Positions 56,400 to 64,000 of a stretch of DNA of 64,000 nt are shown in pieces. Numbering within the stretch: position 1 is the first letter of the stretch; every line of letters begins with the position of its first letter. Source of the stretch: Salisapilia sapeloensis CBS 127946 (lineage: Eukaryota; Protista; Oomycota); contig JAADVB010000021.1 in assembly GCA_023334545.1 (NCBI GenBank), forward strand, positions 61,423 through 125,422. The letters run 5' to 3'. Below the pieces are notes generated by a model, which searched no databases, was not told where the DNA came from, and saw only the letters and a list, made by a program, of their open reading frames with translations. The position numbers were made by a program, and so were the translations under genes.

Positions 56400-59300
56400 T
56401 GGGTTTGTATACTAGTAAAATATTGCAGTTGGAGTCCATCAAAAATCTGGCTACTATTCTATTGAAACTTAAGCAGCTTTAGTGTTTACGGTAAACACCA
56501 AAGACCGTCGGCTGATCTTATAATTCTCAAATTAAAGACGATAAAATCATTCTACGTTGTTGAAGACTAATGGTTAACTTGGTGTGCGGCTTACAAGATC
56601 ACATAATAATAGACATTACTCGGCAAACTCCAGCATAATTGAATACCTTGAAAATAGATTAGCTACTACGAAAAATTTTTAAATAATGCGACTAACAACG
56701 GCAAAAACATATTCTAAAACAAAAATATCATGGCTACAAATAGCAAACTGTGTAGAAAAGATAAGAAAATCCGTAGCTAATAACAAACAAACGCATTGCG
56801 TAGTGATTTTCTTTAAGCAACAAAGAAAATTTCATTTGAAAAAAATAATTTTGTCTTCTTAAAAACGATTGAAGCTGGCTTTAAAAAATGAAATATTAAT
56901 GCAAAAACAAAACTAAAACACTTTAAAAGCAATATTTGATGGCGTTATGCTATTTATAACGTCTCGTTTGTAAAACAGGTTTATGCATAAAACAAAACAA
57001 AATAGTCAATTTACAAACGCATTGTACAGTAGACATTACGTAAAGCGTTCATTACTATTGCTTGTAAAAATACAAACTGTTGTATACTTTTAGTTGCGTT
57101 AAGCAAAGTATCATTTAATGAAAATATACTCGTCACTTTTCAAAAAAAAGCTAAGCATCAAAATATAAAACTATGTAGTTCCCATTGAAGATCTGCTTTC
57201 AGATAGACAAATAGCATATCTATATGTTTTTAAACAAAACAATTTGAACACACAAATACTTGTTAGTCACGTACCACTCCATGATGATCTATAAAACAAA
57301 TGTACAAAATAATATGTTGTCGGAAACATCAAAGTTTATATCGCGCATCAGCTTTCATAACACTTTTATTATCTATTAAAAAAACATAAACAATTTAATA
57401 ATACCTACAGACTGTTTTCTATCAAAGTATTTGATAAAACTACTTTTTGTTTAATGATACTTACTATTTACAAATCAACAACTTCAGCATTATTTGTCAT
57501 TTAATTTGTTTAACATAAAGCAATTAATTTATTACAGCAAAAAAAATTACTAGCAGTTCAATGCTGAAACAACTTAGAGCCTTATACAACAAAACATTAA
57601 TAGTATTTAGAAAAATAAAAACGTGAATAAACAAAAAATGTTCTATTAAATCCTAAAATTTTACAAAAAATCGAATATAGAGCTAGGTAAAATAGTGCTT
57701 GTTTTACAGTGTTCTGTGTATAACAAAACAAATATATTGAATCGTCGTTAAAGCGCATTAAAATAGTAATATAATGCTACATATGTACATGTTTTTTTTA
57801 TTTATAAGTAGCAAATAGTTTTCATAATACGCTGCCTTAAGTTATTATTTAGTGCATTATATAAAAAACTAATGACTTTTATTTTTTGTTTCAAAAGCAT
57901 TTGATATCTATTTAAAAACATTATATTATTTCGACATTGTAACTTGGTGTCATTTACGCCACGTATCATGTAAAACCATGTAGTATGCAAATAAAACAAA
58001 CATGTTAAAAATATAATGCTTTTCGCAAACAAAATGTCTGTTATCAATATAAGAAGCAATACAAAACATTACATCTTATACATAAGCTACAAGTAAGCAA
58101 GTTTAAATTATTTACAAATTTGCTAGACGATATTTAATCTTGCATGCCATATATTTAGCGTTTTTTACGCTTTATTAACTCGTATGCTTCTATAAAATAG
58201 TTAGTTAAATTTGCAGCAATGCCCGTTGTTATATTTTTTTGTTAAATCTGGTTTTGCTAAATCATTAAAGCAAGATTTATTTTATGCATGTTTTATAAAC
58301 TTATAGAATATAATTTGCAATTTTACGAAGTAAAATTTTTTTCAGTATATAGTCTTATAGAGTTTAATTGTAGTATTTCCTTTTTTAATTATTTGTTCAA
58401 TTTTATTTGTTTTAAAAAATTTTATTCTATCAAGTCTTTTGTATTTTCTGCAGCATTATTTTTATTTTCTGTGTGCCTATAAGCATTTATAACATTTAAA
58501 AAGTATTGATTTTGTTCTTGTAAACTTTACAAAAATATTTGTTGAAAACGTTATACAAGTTACAGTTTTATATTATAGTCTGCATTTTTTAAGAATGCTT
58601 TAACCATGAGGTTTTTCATGTTCGATGCTCTTTTATTTAATTATTTTCCTTTAAGTTGTTTATGATATGTTGACTTGTATTTATGTTGCAATTATAAAAA
58701 CAAAAATCTTTTGTAAAATTCGTTTCAAAATAAACTGACTAAACTTCTTTGCAAAAGTTTTATATGGTTTGTAAATGTTAAGTTCTACACATGTAAACAA
58801 CAACATTTATTTTAAACCTTTTATAGTACATAATCGCAAAAAAAGTACATGCAATTAATCTATATTAAATAATTTTTTACAGTTTTGTAAGAAAATTGAC
58901 TGCATATTTTTTATCAGTATTTTATATCAAAATTTTATTATCTTGTTGATGTTTTCTTTATGCTATAGAGTACGCTTCATGATTGTTTAGAGATCATAAA
59001 ACCTTTAAAATTTGCTTTATACAACATAAGAAAGTTGAGTTTCAATAAAATTTTATTTTGATTTGTTTTTTTAACATTCTGATTTTATACAATTAGCACA
59101 TGAAAATCATATAAATTTTGTGTATTTGTATGTTTAAAAGACGTATTTAGAAAATTAATTTTTATATTTTAGAATTTTTGACCGTCTAAATATGATTAAG
59201 TCAAACACATTGTAATTTAAGATTTTTAAATTTATTCTTAAATAGACAGAACATTTTAGTACTTACAGTGATAACCAGAAATCTACGCGAAGTCCTTTTA

Positions 59301-59420
59301 TTGTAGTAAAAAATTGAGGTTTCTTAGCATTCGTAACGTAAAAAATTTAAGTGCTATACTTTATAAACATATGTTCTTGTTGGTAACTTTTTCTGTTGAA
59401 GTACTATGGCGAGCTTTGTA
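56400..59420. other. Gene-free AT-rich (~21-26% GC) degenerate island, probable hypermutated relic
   Basis: Hand counts of 78, 73 and 64 G+C per 300 nt in three samples; no ORF of 100 aa or more; strong CC/GG and GA depletion. Confidence 0.75.
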
Positions 59421-59666
59421 TATTTAATAAAGGAGCGCTGTTGCTATTGGCATTAGAAGTGATCTCTTCATGAATTTGTCCAAAAGATAGGATCCTAAAT
59501 TTTTAGTGTAGTAATTATCATATAAATATAGATCTAAGGGATGTGCAGTGACCAAATTCACTACGTTGTGTCTTCCTTGTCCACGATAGGTACCTTTTGA
59601 GTAGACCACATAAGAAAAAGTATGTGTGCATAGAGCTGGGAAACAATCGCGTGTTGGCCTTTTTAT

Positions 59667-60389
59667 TTAAGCATTTAGTGTGCGTTCATAGCTGGCCATT
59701 TGCTGAGCTGCTTCGGAGATGCTTACTTCGACCTTAATGACACCGCGGCGTTCTAGAGCTTCCAATGTAAAAGCTTCGACGAGTCGGTTGCTCTAGACAC
59801 ACATACGTTTTGTCAGCTAGTTGATGTGGTGCAGTAAGCTAACAATGTTACAAAGTAAACGGCGAGGTTTTCGGCAGACGAGTGCGTGATAGGTAATAGC
59901 GAGCAATCTGATTTTGGGAAGCTATGTGACGCGAGTTCAGTTTCTGGAGCTAGCGTATATGCATACATGTCACGCTGTGAGAGTCCTACCTGAAAGAAGC
60001 TTTGTCTTCAGTCTCGATACGCACGTTGTCATCGTTGATACTGATCTGTGCATCAGACAAGTTTGTTACAGAATGGTACAGTAGTAAGAAGTTCGATGTA
60101 TGAGAACCTCAAGTGCTTGGCTCTTCATGGGAACGAGGAAGGACTCGTTCATTTCTCGACAGATCGATTTCGAAATGCGCTTGATTTCACCAAAATCGAC
60201 GACATATCCGTCGTGGCCAACTCTCCCTGTAAGCGTAACACCCACGCGGTAGTTGTGGCCATGCAGTTTCTCTCGGAATCCTTTGTACGCGATGAAATGG
60301 GCTGCATTAAACTTCATATAGTCCTTCGATACGTGTACTTTAAACACTTCGCCGTCTTTAGATCCTATCGTAGCTGTAGTCGAGGCCAT
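59667..60389 (-). CDS. 6-pyruvoyl-tetrahydropterin synthase family, PTPS-III type (Glu active site), multi-exon
   Basis: MKFNAAHFI, FREKLHGHNYRVGV (ExxHGH), VVDFGEIK; downstream exons FPKSDCSLLPITHSSAENLAVY and VEVSISEAAQQMASYE, then TAA at 59667-59669. Confidence 0.88.
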
Positions 60390-60568
60390 TTCAGTTGTGA
60401 ATTAGATGTCCTATGATCTTGAGTTTATATGCCGGTGAGTTATATTCTGATATTGATGGCTCTGTGGTCCCAGAAGAGCATTTACTGATCGGAATGAGTG
60501 TGCTGACAGGATTCGTTGGTTTTAGTACCAATTGTGTGTTCAGTGGCAGTTTGTGAAAACATCAATTG

Positions 60569-61573
60569 ATGACCAAAGTCGCTAATCTCTTGCTCGTCGG
60601 CCTTGTGTGCGTCTCGAGCGTCTTCATGGCGACATCTACAGGCGATGGAACCTCTATAAACACTATTAAAGTTGTTGTAGAAGTTCAGAATGCGCCTATT
60701 CGATCCAGTGTTCTGCGTATTCCCAAGCCATCGAGTCTTCAGGAGCTAGATGTAGCATTGGAAGAGCACTTGCGTCAACAATTGCAGCAACCAGCAGTTA
60801 TACAGGACCTAGAGATATTCCGGTCGCTCGAGGGCCGATTCACACAACTACATTCGGCGGAAGAAGTGACTGGACGTACCCGATTGAATGTGATCCTTGA
60901 AGAAAAGGAACAGGATGAGCATCTCGCTCTACCAGCTCGACTGTTCGACACCAGTACTGGTGAGTTTCATATTGGAAGTCACAGAATTTTTCTAGGAGAA
61001 ATTGGAAACTCCGGCCAGGGCACTGGACTGACGACGTGGGACGGTGCTGCTGTCCTGGCCAAGTACTTGGAGAAGCATGTGGACGTCACTGGGTCAAGAA
61101 TCGTGGAGCTTGGTGCTGGAACGGGTTTAGCTGGACTCTCAGCTGCCTTGTTAGGCGCTTCTGAAGTCGTATTGACAGATTTAGCGTACACGCTTCCAAA
61201 TCTTTCCAAGAATGCGAGGAGGACGATGGAGGAAGCCTGTGGCGTGGACTCCAAAGTGCTCATCCAAGAGCTGGACTGGTTCAATCCTCCTGAAGACATA
61301 GGAGACATCGACTTTGTCCTGGCTGCAGATGTCGTGTGGGTAGAGGAGCTCATTCCGCCGCTCGTCCAAACCATGTACATGCTGCTGAAGCACTCCAAAG
61401 CTACTGCTCGTATCCTGATGTCGCACCAACACCGCAGTAAAGTATCGGATGGTGTCTTGTACGATCAACTTCAGAAATATGGTATGTCAAGGAGGCTATT
61501 TCCATCCGAGCTGCTGGATCCAAGCTTCCGTAGTGACAAGATCGACGTATTTGAAATTCAACTGGAACATTAG
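60569..61573 (+). CDS. METTL21/family-16 protein-lysine methyltransferase with signal-peptide-like N-terminus, intronless
   Basis: GTGLTTWDGAAVLAKYL, RIVELGAGTGLAGL, VVLTD, ELDW, FVLAADVVW. Confidence 0.87.
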   Translation: MTKVANLLLVGLVCVSSVFMATSTGDGTSINTIKVVVEVQNAPIRSSVLRIPKPSSLQELDVALEEHLRQQLQQPAVIQDLEIFRSLEGRFTQLHSAEEVTGRTRLNVILEEKEQDEHLALPARLFDTSTGEFHIGSHRIFLGEIGNSGQGTGLTTWDGAAVLAKYLEKHVDVTGSRIVELGAGTGLAGLSAALLGASEVVLTDLAYTLPNLSKNARRTMEEACGVDSKVLIQELDWFNPPEDIGDIDFVLAADVVWVEELIPPLVQTMYMLLKHSKATARILMSHQHRSKVSDGVLYDQLQKYGMSRRLFPSELLDPSFRSDKIDVFEIQLEH

Positions 61574-61843
61574 AAGCAAATCTGCTTACGTTTCTGTATC
61601 ATTAAGATATCAATCCGTATGAGTCTTTCCAGCAAAGAACTCTCACTTTCACTTAAACTAGAAGGTGTCATGGTTAAAGGAAAGGTTTAGAAGAGAATGA
61701 GATGACAGAAGAGATATTGCTTTGCTGATAGCAAGTACTCTAGCACAAGATTCACGAAACCTAGCAGATCTTCATTGGAAACAGAAATTTTTTAATTCAG
61801 TTTTATTTTTCATTCTTGCGCCGTCAAACTCATGTCAAGCTTT

Positions 61844-64000
61844 TCATGCTGCACATGCGTCTGCAATGTTCTGAGTACGACATCGAGCTCTGAAAGTAGA
61901 TTCCGTTTTCTGCAAGTCACTCTACATGAAGATCCACTTAACTATCTCGACGTATCCCATGCAGGAGGCAAGCATCACGACTGAGCATTCTTTATCTTCC
62001 CACGCTCCTGACAAACGATCTTCACGCACTCGAAGCGTCATGCTATCGTTTATGCTGAAGCCTTCGTCTAAAATTGTTGTCGCCAATTCAACAGATTGTC
62101 CTTTGTCTCCTTCACTGATGTACACAGCATTGTGGATGCGCCCGGAAAAGCGTCTTGGTAACCTCGCATAGTTCTACGAACGAAGGCTTTGTAGTAACCG
62201 CAGTTGATCCCAAGCTCTTTTGATTGGTCGGTCTGTCTTGGGCATTTCTTTCTCTTATCTGTTTTTGCTGGTTTAGAATCATCTTGACAGCAGTCCACAT
62301 GCTCGGTCGGTTCGTTCTTATGCTGCTTTTCATGCCATTTTACTTTATATTTCCTGTGTTTGACTGACGAATAAAAGCATTCCCATTAGACATAGAAGTT
62401 TCAATATCGTCGTATGTAGTTGATTCCTCGCCATTTTGTGTAGTTAGCGTGTTTTTTGCTTTTTTCATTTCCATCATAAAGTCATCAGGAGAGATAAAGC
62501 CGTTTTCCGGCACACGCTTCACCCCTTCCTTGATTACAATTCCTCCAACGAGGGCGAGAGACGCACAAATAAGGGAGATCGCCAGCCGAATATTATCTTT
62601 CGCGAGTTTTCGCTTCTTCTTCTCTCTTAAAGCTGTCACGAGAGCGTCAAAGTTGTTCTGAAGTAATTTTAGCCCTCTCTCGGTGCCTACTAAGCGCTCC
62701 TCAAACTTTTGAAGAGTATTTCTCATGCGTCGTGCCCACGCAGCACTTCCTGCATTGGAAGTTGATGCTTCCACAATATAGTTGTTTTTTTGTCTTTTAG
62801 AGATAATACCTCACTCTCTTTATTCCGACATCATGTCAATGAACAGCTCCCGATCAATATCAAACTAGACCAAGTATCGATGTATCGCCACGTCTAAGCC
62901 TTCTTGTACCAGTGACTTTATGTCTTTCGACTGTAAGTGCTCTATCGCGAAAGTCAAGATGAGAACGGTATCGATAACCGAGGTGGAAAAGAACAGCGTC
63001 GACTCGATCAGCTTTGACTGCTCTGGTACAGATACACCTGTAAGACCAACTAGCTTCTGAGCACACTTCGCGTACTAGCGCTTCATGATCTCCATGATCT
63101 TATCTCGAGATTTATCCTTCAGCACTTCACTTTCTGCTGCTTTCGACACCAACTGGTTGGCGTTGAAACTTTTGTACGGATCTAGCTCATAGCAGATCAT
63201 GCGTTCCAGAGCAGCCAAGTGTTGGAAGACTATGGGACGCTGCATCAACGTCGACCCATCCAAAAATTGTGCTCTTTTTATCCATTCTTTTTTTCTTGTC
63301 GATCCAATTGAAAACCATATCTCTCTTTGCAGCATTCTCTGTTGTAAATGCAAATTATAGCATCTCAAGCCTGTAATCGTCCAGAACGGAGGACGATTTG
63401 CATATCCAATCCGACTTTGTTAAAGCCTCCTTTACATCTTTGACGTCTTCATGCCTCAATTTCATATCCTCCACTGAGCTTCGAACGATCGATTGACGTA
63501 AGAAGCCTTGCACAATTTCGTGGTCGCTACTTTTAATCGCTTTCGTGAAGCCTGTGAACGGATCCAAAAGTTTATTTGGCTCGAAGCCAGATACGCCTGC
63601 GCATTCATCTTTCGACCCTCTTATAGGATGATCATACACTGTGTAAGGATCCGCGCCTTGCTTTAAAAGCGCATTAGATAATAGCTGAAAATGGTTGTTA
63701 ATTGCATTACGCAATAGCGTTTGACCAGCATCATTCTGAGGGTTGATGGAAGAGCCATGGGCTAGTAGGTACAACGCAGTTTTATTCACTAGAATCGCCA
63801 TACGGACCTTTAGTCGCGTAAATAAGTCGTTAATAATTGTGCTCATTAGAGATATGGAGATTCACTCCATTTTCCACGAGCAGCTTTACTGATTCCAACA
63901 ACCCTCCGCTAGCAGCCAAGTCCAAAGCTGTTTGGTGATTTTCGTTCACTACGGTAGCATCGGCATCGTTGTCAAGGAGAAGCTGAATAATGCCTATCGC
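61844..64000 (-). pseudogene. Disrupted ankyrin-repeat gene (5' end outside window)
   Basis: Ankyrin fragments IIQLLLDNDADATVVNENHQTALDLAA, VLESVKLLVENGVNL, LLAHGSSINPQNDAGQTLL, SVVMLASCMGYVEIVKW; frameshifts near 63905, ~63800 and ~63370; in-frame stops at 63075, 62865, 62820, 62174 and 61922. Confidence 0.78.

Noticed and set aside
57802-58059. ORF fragment RGVNDTKLQCRNN resembling a Myb/SANT trihelix motif of Harbinger elements
   Set aside because: Too short and degenerate to support; no transposase motif or TIR found
56400-59420. AT island as a mitochondrial insertion (NUMT)
   Set aside because: No recognisable mitochondrial gene, rRNA or tRNA in any frame, and GpC/CpG retention with CC/GG loss looks like mutated nuclear DNA; not excluded without BLAST
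56400-59420. Classical fungal RIP or CpG-methylation decay as the cause
   Set aside because: CpA and CpG are not depleted in the hand-counted samples

Overview
Very compact, GC-rich eukaryotic gene-dense region, most likely from an oomycete (inference from gene content: class II KARI, PTPS-III, MKS1, DUF1769/DUF547 protein, short GT-AG introns). About 26 protein-coding genes are packed from 1 to 55.5 kb with 55-250 nt spacers. They include APC6/CDC16, cysteine dioxygenase, a DnaJ protein, COX6A, KARI, LETM1, an HPS6-like protein, an intronless 14 kb cytoplasmic dynein heavy chain, H2A.Z, ADO/PCO, TRF4, an NSUN2 homologue, a giant USP, COQ11-like, MKS1, DSC3-like, THOC7 and KIN17. After 55.5 kb the sequence changes abruptly to a gene-free ~25% GC island (~56.4-59.4 kb), followed by PTPS-III, a METTL21-like gene and a decayed ankyrin gene. 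Top findings: (1) the AT island carries a strong both-strand dinucleotide signature (CC/TC and GG/GA depleted; CpG, CpA and GpC kept), suggesting a YC-context C-to-T hypermutation or genome-defence process unlike fungal RIP or CpG decay; (2) a USP deubiquitinase with a ~750 aa MABP-repeat insertion and an array of ubiquitin-binding zinc fingers; (3) an NSUN2/Trm4 homologue lacking its catalytic cysteine. All domain calls come from motif recognition by eye, exon boundaries are approximate, and all counts are hand counts.
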